IMG/VR virus record: IMGVR_UViG_2939020026_000003
Location: 1 to 64,000 of that record
Length of the DNA stretch: 64,000 bases
Reading direction: 5' to 3' (one strand)
From: a virus
Taxonomy: Duplodnaviria > Caudoviricetes
Shown: in pieces, positions 28,154 to 37,457 of the stretch
Position numbering within the stretch: the stretch's first letter is position 1
How the letters are laid out: every line of letters begins with the position of its first letter
Program-made: the position numbers and the translations under genes
The notes under the pieces: generated by a model
The model's input: the letters and a program-made list of their open reading frames with translations, nothing else
Told to the model about the DNA's origin: nothing
The model's database searches: none

Positions 28154-29192
28154 AGGCTATCTGATCGACGCGACCACCCGACACCAGATATACGTCCAGC
28201 GGCATGCAGGCAGCAATCTCAAGGAGGTGGCGAAGTTCATCGCTATTGCCATTGCGACCGCCAAGGATCGCGTATCAGCAGGATTGAGCGTCTATGGCAC
28301 CAAGCGGTACGAGAAGCAGATAGAAGTGCTGCAAAGTGATTTGCGGGGCATCTACGCTGAGATGAAAGGGCAGGCACAAGCCGACCTGAGCGACTTTGCA
28401 GTCCATGAGTCCGCATTCAGCGCTGCAATGCTCGGCGCTACGGTGAGCGTTGGCGTTCAGGTCAGCACGCCGTCGGCTCAGATTGTCGTTTCGTCCGCGC
28501 TAACAAGGCCTATGGCGCTGGAAGCCCGAAAGAAGGGCGTCCAGAAGATCAGCATCAGCGGCGCGCTTGATCAGTTCGGCAGCAAGAAGGCCGCTGAGAT
28601 CATCAGTGAGATCCAGATCGGTGCCGCCCTGGGCGAGACCACGCAGGCGATCGCCAAACGCATCAGCGGTCTGGAAATGCTGCAACGCGAGCAGGCGACA
28701 GCGCTGGTTCGCACCGTCACCAATCATGTCGCCAGCACGGCACGCATGGAAACGCTGAAGGCGAACGACGACATCCTCAAGGGTTGGCGGTGGATATCCA
28801 CACTGGATAGCCGCACCTCGCACATGTGCCAGGCCCGTGACCAGCAGCTGTACGGATGGGATGACCCCAGACCGCCCGGCCACTGGAATTGCAGGTCAAG
28901 CGCGCTGCCAGTGCTGAAAGACCAGTACGCACGCGAGATACCGGGCTCGACGCGGCCCTCAAAAGGTTCGGATGGAACGGAGCCGGTATCCAGCAAGGTC
29001 ACCTATCAGTCATGGCTGGAGCGCCAGCCCGCTGCGTTTCAGAAGGACGTTCTCGGCCCGAGCCGTTATGCCTTGTTCTCGAAAGGCGAGCTGACTTTAG
29101 ACCGATTCGTCGACGACAACGGGCGGACCTTGACCCTTGATCAACTGAAAGCAAAACAACCTGCAGCCTTCGAGCGCGCAGGGCTCAACTAA
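28143..29192 (+). CDS. Minor head protein (SPP1 gp7 / Mu F-like)
   Basis: STLDSRTSHMC, PPGHWNCRS. Confidence 0.9.
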   Translation: MSSEGYLIDATTRHQIYVQRHAGSNLKEVAKFIAIAIATAKDRVSAGLSVYGTKRYEKQIEVLQSDLRGIYAEMKGQAQADLSDFAVHESAFSAAMLGATVSVGVQVSTPSAQIVVSSALTRPMALEARKKGVQKISISGALDQFGSKKAAEIISEIQIGAALGETTQAIAKRISGLEMLQREQATALVRTVTNHVASTARMETLKANDDILKGWRWISTLDSRTSHMCQARDQQLYGWDDPRPPGHWNCRSSALPVLKDQYAREIPGSTRPSKGSDGTEPVSSKVTYQSWLERQPAAFQKDVLGPSRYALFSKGELTLDRFVDDNGRTLTLDQLKAKQPAAFERAGLN

Positions 29193-29307
29193 TCCGCGCC
29201 ACGAAATGCGACCACACGAAAACGTGGCGCACATTCCAAGCCTCGCCCAGTGCGGGGCTTTTTTACGTCCGCAGGCAGGGCCTGCACCAAGTCTCTGGGA
29301 GACAGCA

Positions 29308-30018
29308 ATGACCTTGAAATTCCAACTGGACAGCCTGGAAGGCGTCGACGACTCCGTAAAAGCACTGTACGTCGAGAAGGACGGCAAGTTCGTGCTCGGC
29401 ATTGAGGGCCTGCCTCAGCCTGAGGATGTTTCCGGCCTCAAATCCAAAGTGCAGGAGCTTCTGGATGAGAAGAAGGCCGCCGACAAGGCCCGCAAGGATG
29501 CGGAAGAGCAGGCGCGACTTGATCGCGAAGAGGCTGCTCGAAAGTCCGGCAACGTGGAAGAGCTCGAAAAGTCCTGGTCCGAAAAGTACAACCGTCGTGA
29601 AGCTGAGCTGAACGGCATGTTGGAGCAGGAGCGCGGAACGCTGAGCGGGCAGATCCGGGATCTGACCGTAGGGCGCACCGCTACCGATATCGCCACGACA
29701 TTGGCGATTCCGGGTAGCGCCAAGGCATTGCTGCCCCACATCGAACGCCGCCTGAGCGTCGAGCAGCGCGACGGCAAGCCCGCTGTTGTGGTGCTTGATC
29801 AGGCGGGAAAGCTCTCCGCGACCACGCTGGAAGAGCTGAAAGCAGAATTCATGAACGACCCCGCGTTTGGTCCTCTGATCGCGGGTAGCAAGGCATCTGG
29901 CGGCGGGGCCGGGGGTGCAGGTAAAGGCGGCGGGGCCGCAAGCGGAAAAATCGGCGGCACCAAAGAGGAACGAACGGCTGCAATCGCCAGCCGGTTCCCT
30001 GATCTCCCATTGAAATAA
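29308..30018 (+). CDS. Scaffold protein
   Basis: Coiled coil and GSKASGGGAGG linker; upstream of the capsid gene. Confidence 0.85.
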   Translation: MTLKFQLDSLEGVDDSVKALYVEKDGKFVLGIEGLPQPEDVSGLKSKVQELLDEKKAADKARKDAEEQARLDREEAARKSGNVEELEKSWSEKYNRREAELNGMLEQERGTLSGQIRDLTVGRTATDIATTLAIPGSAKALLPHIERRLSVEQRDGKPAVVVLDQAGKLSATTLEELKAEFMNDPAFGPLIAGSKASGGGAGGAGKGGGAASGKIGGTKEERTAAIASRFPDLPLK

Positions 30019-30030
30019 GGAAAAGCAAAC

Positions 30031-30999
30031 ATGTCCCTGTCGCAAATGCAGGTTTTCAACGAATACATCATGCCAGCGACCATCGAGACGCTGGATCAGA
30101 TGCTCGTTGCGTTCAACGCCGCAAGCCGTGGCGCTATCGTGCTGTCTCCGGACGGTTTCACAGGCGACTTCCTGCAGGAGTCGTTCTTCCAGACTCTGGC
30201 TGCAGCACAGCGCCGCGTTGATCGCTACACCGCAAACAATGCGGTAGCAGCAACCGACCTGACCGAACTGAAAAATACCTCCGTAAAAGTCGCAGGTGGC
30301 TTCGGTCCGATCCGTTACGAGCCATCGCAAATGACCTGGCTGGAGCGTCCAACCGCCCAAGGCATCGAGGTCGCTTCCCGCGCCTTCGCCGAGATCCTGC
30401 TGAAGGACCAGCTGAACACCGCTATTGCTGCCTTGGTTGCTGCGATCACCTCTCAGGCTGACGCGGTCTATGACGTATCCGCATCCACTGGTATTGCATA
30501 CGTGGGACTGAACAATGCCCACGCTAAGTTCGGCGACGCCAGTCAGAACCTGGTAACTCAGGTCATGCAAGGAACCAGCTATCACAAGCTGGTAGGTCAG
30601 AACCTGGCGAATCAGCAGCAGCTGTTCCAGGCAGGCAATGTTCGGGTAGTCGATATCCTCGGCAAAATTTCGGTTGTTACCGATGCTCCCGCCCTGATGC
30701 AGGCTGGCACTCCGAGCAAGGAAATCATACTGTCTCTGGTGCAGGGCGCAGCGCTTGTGCACGACGGCCGGGACATCATTAGCAACGTCCAGACCACCAA
30801 CGGCAAGGAGCGCATCGAGACCACACTGCAGACCGATTACACGTTTGGTCTGGGCTTGAAGGGCTACACCTGGGATACCACTTCTGGCGGTAAATCTCCA
30901 ACTGACGCCGAGCTGGCGACAGGCACCAACTGGGACAAGACAGCCACCAGCATCAAGCACACCGCTGGTGTAGCCCTGATCGGTGACGCTTCCAAGTAA
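30031..30999 (+). CDS. Major capsid protein
   Basis: 322 aa after the scaffold; LKGYTWD...SPTDAELATGTNW. Confidence 0.92.
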   Translation: MSLSQMQVFNEYIMPATIETLDQMLVAFNAASRGAIVLSPDGFTGDFLQESFFQTLAAAQRRVDRYTANNAVAATDLTELKNTSVKVAGGFGPIRYEPSQMTWLERPTAQGIEVASRAFAEILLKDQLNTAIAALVAAITSQADAVYDVSASTGIAYVGLNNAHAKFGDASQNLVTQVMQGTSYHKLVGQNLANQQQLFQAGNVRVVDILGKISVVTDAPALMQAGTPSKEIILSLVQGAALVHDGRDIISNVQTTNGKERIETTLQTDYTFGLGLKGYTWDTTSGGKSPTDAELATGTNWDKTATSIKHTAGVALIGDASK

Positions 31000-31050
31000 C
31001 CCCCATGAAGGCGGCCTGGGCGATTCGCTAGGGCCGTCGAGGACGGCAGC

Positions 31051-31626
31051 ATGAGTAAGAGCAACATCTGGTACCTGTCCGGCCCCTTCCACCAGTACAG
31101 GGAGGACGTGAAGTCGCTGGCCAAGGAGCGTGGTCTGCGCATCGTAGACGCCAATGCAACTGCTGGCCGCGAGGATGCGGCCAGGGATGTGCCCGAGGTC
31201 ACCGTGCGGCCAGAGCTTACAGCTGCCGGCGCTTACGGCGCTGACTCTGGCTCAGGCGATCAACGCCCAGCCGGGGGCGACGATCTGGCAGCCGTGCAGG
31301 CCCTGGTCGATTCGCTTGCCGATGGCGAGCTGGTAAAGCCGGGAAGCGGCGAAACCGCAAATCGTCTGTTCGGTCTGCTGACGAACATTCATAACTGTGT
31401 GCAGGGGCTGCGCGACCAGCTGGAAAGCGAGGTGGAGAAGTCCCGCACCCTACAGCATCAAATCGACGATCTGTTGGCGCAGGCTGAGCAAGCGCGTCAG
31501 GCGGACGCAGAGGCAAAGGAAATTGCCGAGCTCAAGGCAAAGCTGGATGCTGCAAAGGTCACCTACCGCGCCAACGCCTCGAAAGAGTCGCTGCAAAAGC
31601 AGGTCGACGAGTTGAGCAGGGCGTAA
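31051..31626 (+). CDS. Head-associated protein with C-terminal HeH/LEM-like motif
   Basis: ELKAKLDAAKVTYRANASKESL. Confidence 0.7.
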   Translation: MSKSNIWYLSGPFHQYREDVKSLAKERGLRIVDANATAGREDAARDVPEVTVRPELTAAGAYGADSGSGDQRPAGGDDLAAVQALVDSLADGELVKPGSGETANRLFGLLTNIHNCVQGLRDQLESEVEKSRTLQHQIDDLLAQAEQARQADAEAKEIAELKAKLDAAKVTYRANASKESLQKQVDELSRA

Positions 31627-31677
31627 CACAAAAGCATCACCGGGGCTTCGGCCCCACTCATTCAATTCGGAGGCCAG

Positions 31678-32067
31678 ATGGCTACCTACATCACCGTGGC
31701 AGACGTTGACGCCGCGCTGGGTGCCAACTGGGCCCCCGTAGATCAGAAGGCCAGGGCGGTCATGCAGGCCAATGCATACATGACGTCTCTGAGCCTGGCA
31801 GGCGTCGATATGGAAACGATCCCTGAAGAGGTCAAGCAGGCGGGTATCGAGATGGCAAAGTTGGCCGCCGAGGGCAAGCTGTACAAGCAACAGACCGAGG
31901 GCACGCTTGAGGCAAAGACCGTCAAGGCTGGCCCGGTTACCACCAGCAAGACATTCGCATCAATCGACACCAGTAAATCAACCTCGCTTCCGGATGGCCT
32001 CCAGTTCGCTCTGGCGCTGCTGGCCCCGTGGCGATCCAGCGCATTCAGCTTCAACGTCTACAGGTGA
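31678..32067 (+). CDS. Head-tail adaptor
   Basis: YITVADVDA, IPEEVKQA; position. Confidence 0.75.
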   Translation: MATYITVADVDAALGANWAPVDQKARAVMQANAYMTSLSLAGVDMETIPEEVKQAGIEMAKLAAEGKLYKQQTEGTLEAKTVKAGPVTTSKTFASIDTSKSTSLPDGLQFALALLAPWRSSAFSFNVYR

Positions 32068-32070
32068 GCC

Positions 32071-32430
32071 ATGGGCATTCGAGAAGAAATCCAGGCTGAC
32101 ATGGCCGAGGCCTTCGACACTGACTTGGCAGATGCGGTGAAGACGTTCAGCGGTGGCATCACGCTGCCCGGCACAGTTGACCCGGTCACAGAGGCATCTA
32201 CTCCAGGTGTGGTCGTTGCGTACAGCGGGCGAGGGGTTTTCGCCGACTACCGAATCGACCTGATCGATGGTGAAAGCATCAAGGCCACCGACCAGCAGTT
32301 GATTGCCCTCACGAATGAGGTGATTGGCGGAGTTCCGCAGGCAGGCCACAAGATCAACGGTTTTGACGTGATCAACGTCCAGAAGGACCCGGCCGACTGC
32401 ATCTATCAAATCCAACTGAGGCAAATCTGA
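32071..32430 (+). CDS. Head-closure/connector protein
   Basis: DPVT, IKATD, QIQLR; position. Confidence 0.75.
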   Translation: MGIREEIQADMAEAFDTDLADAVKTFSGGITLPGTVDPVTEASTPGVVVAYSGRGVFADYRIDLIDGESIKATDQQLIALTNEVIGGVPQAGHKINGFDVINVQKDPADCIYQIQLRQI

Positions 32431-32810
32431 TGGCCGGATGGAGCACGCCCCCCACAGCATTCATCGCCCAGATTGAAGGCGATATGACCAAGCAGTTGAG
32501 AATCATCGCAATGGCGCTCCTGGGTGAGATTATCAGCCGCTCCCCGGTAGACACCGGCAGGTTTCGAGGAAACACAACGGTCACGATTGGCTCGCCAGTG
32601 TTCTCAAACAGCCAAACTCTGGACCCGACCGGAGCAGCCACGATCAGCAAGGGTGCTTCGGTTCTGGCTGGCCTCAAGCCTTTTTCGATCATCTACATCC
32701 AGAATAATTTGGTTTACGCCGAAAAATTAGAGAATGGCCACTCCAAGCAGGCACCGTCCGGCGTCTTCGGGCTCGCCTTCGCTGGCGTGGCAGCGGCGTA
32801 TGCATCATGA
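32430..32810 (+). CDS. Neck protein (HK97 gp10-like)
   Basis: SPVDTGRFR, NNLVYAEKLENGHSKQAP. Confidence 0.85.
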   Translation: MAGWSTPPTAFIAQIEGDMTKQLRIIAMALLGEIISRSPVDTGRFRGNTTVTIGSPVFSNSQTLDPTGAATISKGASVLAGLKPFSIIYIQNNLVYAEKLENGHSKQAPSGVFGLAFAGVAAAYAS

Positions 32811-33229
32811 CCTACGAGCAGATCCGCCAAGCCATCACGGCGCGCATGGTGGCGTTCACAGGTATCGAGCAGGAGCGCATTTTTTACCCGAACGCTCAGT
32901 ACCCCGCTCAGAACCAGGACAGTTCGGGCGTGTTCAAACCACCTGCAGACGGCCTCTGGTGCCGCCTGAACATACAGCACGCCACCGCCTTCATGGCAGG
33001 TATGGCCGACCAGCCCTACACCCGCAAGCCCGGCATCATCGTTGTGCAGTGTTTCGCACGGCTACGCACCGGTATGCGCGGCCTGAATGAACTGGCCGAC
33101 GCACTGGAAGCGCACTTTGCTTACTGGACTGAAGGCGACCTTGAGTGCATCGAGGCCAGCCAGGTCGACGCAGGCGAGTACGAAGGCTTCTATCAGATCA
33201 ACGTGAATATCCGGTTCCGCGCCGGTTGA
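32807..33229 (+). CDS. Tail terminator protein
   Basis: GIIVVQCF, YQINVNIRF; position. Confidence 0.8.
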   Translation: MTYEQIRQAITARMVAFTGIEQERIFYPNAQYPAQNQDSSGVFKPPADGLWCRLNIQHATAFMAGMADQPYTRKPGIIVVQCFARLRTGMRGLNELADALEAHFAYWTEGDLECIEASQVDAGEYEGFYQINVNIRFRAG

Positions 33230-33237
33230 GAGGAATT

Positions 33238-34095
33238 ATGCAAAGTCATAACTACGTGCCAAACGTATCTGGCTGGAAGCTTGACAAAGTAACCGGTGAA
33301 TTTGAAATCAACTCGGCCAAGATTTCTGTCGGCAGCCTGCCTGAGCAGCCTCAGATGATTACCGTTACAGCTGGCGAATGGGCGGCGAGCGATCTTCCCG
33401 CTAGCGCGATCGAACACTACGCCTTCATCGGCGCAGAGATATTCAAGATCCCCGCCGAGTATCGTGAAAGTGCGCAGCTCACGACTCAGGATGAGTCATA
33501 CGATCCAGGCTTCGCTGATATCCGCACCACATTGACCTACCAGCGCCCTGAGACTGCCGACGAGGCAAAATCGCGCGCCAGTGCGGCCAGACTTCCTGAA
33601 TACTCGATCAAGAAGCAAGGTGACACGCTCACATTTCTCTATGATGGCGTGCCCCGAATCGTGCTGGGCAAACTCGATAAGCCCGACCTGCCTTTTGCCG
33701 TTGAAGGCGATCAGGTCTTCCTGACCCAGGCGTTCATCGACGCTGGCAAGCTTTCCCCAGTATGGGGTGTGCGGACGACCACCAACGCGGCAGGTCAGAC
33801 AGTGCTTGCTGGCGTTGGCGCTGGCCTGGGTTGTATGTGCGAAGGCGGCTACACCGGCACTCCGGACGATAAGGCGGAAAAGGCTGAGGTGAAGATCGAC
33901 TGCACAGTTGACGCCTCGAAGGCTCTGGATCAAATCAGCAAGCTGATCAGCACCACCGAGCTGGCCCAGTCGATCGAGAGCTTAAAAGTCAGGATCGAGC
34001 ATGAGCACTCAAGCCGAGTCTGTGCTGACGATACGCCTTCTTGCCGAATATCTGCGGTAGAAGCTGGCCTGAACAGCCTCCGCGCCAAACAGTAA
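33238..34095 (+). CDS. 285-aa protein made of permuted segments of the central tail fibre J (DUF1983-like)
   Basis: GAGGA RBS; six blocks align by eye to J at 42737-45916. Confidence 0.85.
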   Translation: MQSHNYVPNVSGWKLDKVTGEFEINSAKISVGSLPEQPQMITVTAGEWAASDLPASAIEHYAFIGAEIFKIPAEYRESAQLTTQDESYDPGFADIRTTLTYQRPETADEAKSRASAARLPEYSIKKQGDTLTFLYDGVPRIVLGKLDKPDLPFAVEGDQVFLTQAFIDAGKLSPVWGVRTTTNAAGQTVLAGVGAGLGCMCEGGYTGTPDDKAEKAEVKIDCTVDASKALDQISKLISTTELAQSIESLKVRIEHEHSSRVCADDTPSCRISAVEAGLNSLRAKQ

Positions 34096-34113
34096 CAGTC
34101 AAGCAATATCGCC

Positions 34114-34138
34114 AACCCCGCCTTGAGCGGGTTTTTTT
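34114..34138 (+). terminator. Intrinsic terminator
   Basis: CCCGC-CTTGA-GCGGG followed by T7. Confidence 0.75.
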
Positions 34139-34161
34139 ATGCCCGCCGAAAGGAGACTCTC

Positions 34162-35322
34162 ATGTCGTCAGGCGCCAAAGTAGTAAGCCACATCATCAAG
34201 GAGGTGACGCCCGGCGTTACCCCCACCGGCACCTGGGATACGCTGCGCCTGACCGGTAACGCGCTGACCCCGACTGTCAACACTGAAGTCAGTGACGAGA
34301 TCACCGACACCCGACTGAGCCAAGGCTCGGTGGCCACCAGCATCGATATCGGCGGCGATCTGTCGGCCGAGTTCTCGTTCGGCTCGTTCGACCAGCTTCT
34401 GGAGGCTGCTTTCTACGGCGTCTGGACGAACGACGTGCTGCGTGTGGGCGATACTCGCAACACCTTCAGCATCGCCAAGGGTTACAACGACATCGGCGTC
34501 TACGGCGTGTTCAAGGGCGCTCACGTGTCCACCTTCGCTCTGGAGATTCCGGAAGAAGGCAAAGTCACCGCCACGTTCAACATGGCGTGCCTGGACTACA
34601 CCGACAGCGAGACGCCGATTGTCGTGACGCCGAACGCGCCGACCACCACGCCGTTCCTGTCGAACAACAACGTAGGCACGATTCTGGTGAATGGTCAGTC
34701 GCTGGAAGGCGTGGCCTGCGTCTCGGCCATGACCATCAATCTGGACAACAGCCTGCAAACCCAGCGCTGCTTGGGTTCGGATCGACTTGGGCCTGGTGCC
34801 CACATCGCCACCGAAGCTGCCATCACCGGCAGCATCACGCTGGCATGGTCCAAGCGCGCGTGGCAGATCTGGAAGAACACCTTCACCCGCCTGCCGATCG
34901 CGGTCGAGTTCCCCATCACCGACTCGCTGGGCAACAAGTACACGTTCAGCTTCCCGGCTGTAGAAGTGGACGGCGAGCTGCCCAACGGCGGTAAGCGTGA
35001 CCTGATCCAGATCGAGCTGAATTACACCGTGGCCAAGCAGAGCCCGACCATTACCCGCGTTTCGGCTGCGGCAGTAACTGGCGTTTCCACCGCACCAAGC
35101 ACAGCATCAGTGGCGGTAGGCGCAACTCGACAACTGAGCGCGACAGTGACACCCGCTTCGGCCAACCAGGCAGTGACCTGGTCGAGCGCGACACCTGGTG
35201 TTGCGACCGTCAGCAGCTCAGGCCTGGTCACCGGCGTTTCTGCTGGCACCGCTGTTGTTACGGCCACCAGCACAGCCGACGGCAGCAAGACCGGCTCGAC
35301 CACTGTCACCGTTACTGCATAA
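34162..35322 (+). CDS. Major tail tube protein with C-terminal Ig-like (Big_2) domain
   Basis: EVTPGVTP, SDEI; VTWSSATPGVATVSSSGLVTGV. Confidence 0.92.
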   Translation: MSSGAKVVSHIIKEVTPGVTPTGTWDTLRLTGNALTPTVNTEVSDEITDTRLSQGSVATSIDIGGDLSAEFSFGSFDQLLEAAFYGVWTNDVLRVGDTRNTFSIAKGYNDIGVYGVFKGAHVSTFALEIPEEGKVTATFNMACLDYTDSETPIVVTPNAPTTTPFLSNNNVGTILVNGQSLEGVACVSAMTINLDNSLQTQRCLGSDRLGPGAHIATEAAITGSITLAWSKRAWQIWKNTFTRLPIAVEFPITDSLGNKYTFSFPAVEVDGELPNGGKRDLIQIELNYTVAKQSPTITRVSAAAVTGVSTAPSTASVAVGATRQLSATVTPASANQAVTWSSATPGVATVSSSGLVTGVSAGTAVVTATSTADGSKTGSTTVTVTA

Positions 35323-35401
35323 CCGATTCAATCCTTTTGACCGCTCCGGTGATAACGCCTGCCGGGGCGGTCCTTTTATGGCGTGGCGTTGAGGTTGCAT
35401 C

Positions 35402-35875
35402 ATGGCTCTCAAGCTGAAGAACAAAGAAGTGGTCGACAACGCTGCGAAGTGGTTCGATTTTGACGCAGACACCAAAGTGCTCATCGCTCCAGTCGATAGC
35501 CCTGAATACCAGGTAGCCATTGAGCGCATGCAGCGACGAATCTGGCGCAATGACGCTGTGTTCGCCGAAGGCAGCGTGGGCGTGCTGGAGGGCGAGGTAA
35601 GCGAGAAGCGCAACCACTGCATGGTTCTTGCGAAATACATCGTCAAAGACTGGCAGGGCGCTCAGGATCATGACGGCAACGCGCTGCCTTACGACGAGGC
35701 GATTGGCGTGTCCATGCTCGAAAGCGACCTTGAGTTCTTCCTGTTCGTAATCCGCTCTGCCGAGTCCTTCGCCAAGCAGGTTCAGGAAGAGCGCAAGGAG
35801 ACGCTGGAAAAGCCGTCGCCCGCTTCCAGTGGGAAAGCGAGTGGGCAGGGCCGGAAGCCGCAAAGCGCAAGCTGA
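35402..35875 (+). CDS. Tail assembly chaperone (G-like)
   Basis: VKDWQG motif; lies between tube and tape-measure genes. Confidence 0.85.
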   Translation: MALKLKNKEVVDNAAKWFDFDADTKVLIAPVDSPEYQVAIERMQRRIWRNDAVFAEGSVGVLEGEVSEKRNHCMVLAKYIVKDWQGAQDHDGNALPYDEAIGVSMLESDLEFFLFVIRSAESFAKQVQEERKETLEKPSPASSGKASGQGRKPQSAS

Positions 35876-36144
35876 TATTTGGTAAGTTCGGCATGGATGT
35901 GCCGGACGAGCCCCCGCAAGATCCAATCACGGCGTACCTGCTGAACACTTTCCGCAACGTATGCAGGGGGCGGCGCTACATCTCAGGCATGAGCGGCGTT
36001 TTCCCAATGCCGCTGTCGGCACGCGAGATCACTGACTGGATCGAATCGCATCCGTCACCGATCCCCCGTGAGGAGATAGACCTTGTTCTCTTCGAGCTGG
36101 ATAGTCTGCTCATGGAGCGGGATGAGGATGAGGACGACCAATAA
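35806..36144 (+). CDS. -1 frameshift extension of the tail chaperone (GT-like)
   Basis: Slippery GGAAAAG at 35806-35812; -1 frame is open (GKAVARFQWE...) into the 35893-36144 ORF. Confidence 0.8.
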   Translation, partial: GKAVARFQWESEWAGPEAAKRKLIFGKFGMDVPDEPPQDPITAYLLNTFRNVCRGRRYISGMSGVFPMPLSAREITDWIESHPSPIPREEIDLVLFELDSLLMERDEDEDDQ

Positions 36145-36211
36145 CAGGACCGATTAGGAGATCAGATAACTATGTCGCCCAACAAACCCAATGATCACTG
36201 CTTGATCGCTG

Positions 36212-36472
36212 TTACGTGTGATATTTCCTCCACGGAATCTGTGACGGGTGAAGCCCTGCAAGAAGCTTGGCCAGATCTTGTCGACCGTGATACCGGAAGG
36301 TTCCGCGAGAGTCTTGCGACGCCAGAACAACGGGAACTCCAGGAAATTGCGGCTGGAACGATTCGCGGACTGGCTCTGCGGCAGTAGATGACGATGTGTA
36401 CTGATGTTTCACGATCACTACGGCGAAAGTGACGCCGCGATGCGTGATCAGGGCTCCTTCGAAGCTACTCAT
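36212..36472 (-). CDS. Antisense moron, 86-aa hypothetical protein
   Basis: GGAG RBS before ATG at 36472. Confidence 0.7.
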   Translation of the reverse strand: MSSFEGALITHRGVTFAVVIVKHQYTSSSTAAEPVRESFQPQFPGVPVVLASQDSRGTFRYHGRQDLAKLLAGLHPSQIPWRKYHT

Positions 36473-36616
36473 ATATTCTCCATCCAATTGATCGCCGAAA
36501 TAGGCAGGATTAATTCCTTTTACCCGGCAAAAGGCTATCATCAGTGACGGAGCGTGGGGTACTGAGCTTTCATACAGCCCTACAAGCGATTTTCATCGAT
36601 CAGGAGTAGATAGCTT

Positions 36617-36979
36617 ATGAAACGAAATTGGGACCTGATCAGGCTGATCCTGATTGCTGTTGAGGAAAACGAAGACCACAACAAGACGATAACAGACAAG
36701 GATATTCCTGGGCACGATCCAGCTTTAGTCGCATATCAGATGAGGCTGCTGAAAGAGGCTGGCTTGGTTGATGCGCGCTGCGTGGCATTCACAAGCGAGC
36801 CTGGCGAATGTTTCGTTTTTTCCCTAACATGGGAAGGTCATGAGTTCCTCGACCAGATCAGGTCGAAAACCCTTTGGAACAAGACTGTAGGCGTCATCCA
36901 GGAGAAAGGGTTGGACCTGTCCTTCAGCACAATCAAGGCTGCCGCTGCAGCTGTCGCAAAAAGCCTCATAAACTTCTGA
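36617..36979 (+). CDS. DUF2513-like winged-helix protein
   Basis: MKRNWDLIRLIL...LTWEGHEFLDQIR. Confidence 0.85.
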   Translation: MKRNWDLIRLILIAVEENEDHNKTITDKDIPGHDPALVAYQMRLLKEAGLVDARCVAFTSEPGECFVFSLTWEGHEFLDQIRSKTLWNKTVGVIQEKGLDLSFSTIKAAAAAVAKSLINF

Positions 36980-37042
36980 GTGGTCGTTCGCCGTTGCGCT
37001 CGATGATGGTAGATTGCCCCTATCAACTAGATAGAGGCACCT

Positions 37043-37402
37043 ATGCGAAAATTAATTGTTATGACCGCCCTGTCGCAGGCAGTCCTTGTTTCGCCTATCG
37101 CATCTGCTGATGCGGCAACAAACGAAGCGGCCGCGCTTTTAGCTTTCAATGCGGCCGAGCTTTGCCATACTCATGCCGGGTTATACAGCACTGCGTCCGG
37201 CGCAATTCGCGATGGACATACTGAAGAGGCTGTCCGTGAGGCGGGAGCTGTTCTATCTGGATCAGAGGCGGACAAAGTGATAAAGGCAGCGGTTGCGGAC
37301 ACAAAGTCAGGAAAGGAAGACGCAGATAGGTTTTACGATCAATGCATGAAGAAAGCCCGACAGAAAGTCTACGCCACAATTGAAGGTGGAAAGATATCTT
37401 AA
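37043..37402 (+). CDS. Exported protein (moron)
   Basis: Signal peptide ending ASA-D; two Cys; followed by a terminator at 37419-37441. Confidence 0.75.
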   Translation: MRKLIVMTALSQAVLVSPIASADAATNEAAALLAFNAAELCHTHAGLYSTASGAIRDGHTEEAVREAGAVLSGSEADKVIKAAVADTKSGKEDADRFYDQCMKKARQKVYATIEGGKIS

Positions 37403-37457
37403 GGTAAAGACCCATAACGGCCCGCTTCGGCGGGTTTTTTTACGCCCGGAGAAAAGC

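Noticed and set aside
29263-31092. 609-aa minus-strand ORF (also 17049-17987, 44771-45589 and many others)
   Set aside because: Antisense shadows of high-GC3 genes; no RBS or protein-like motifs
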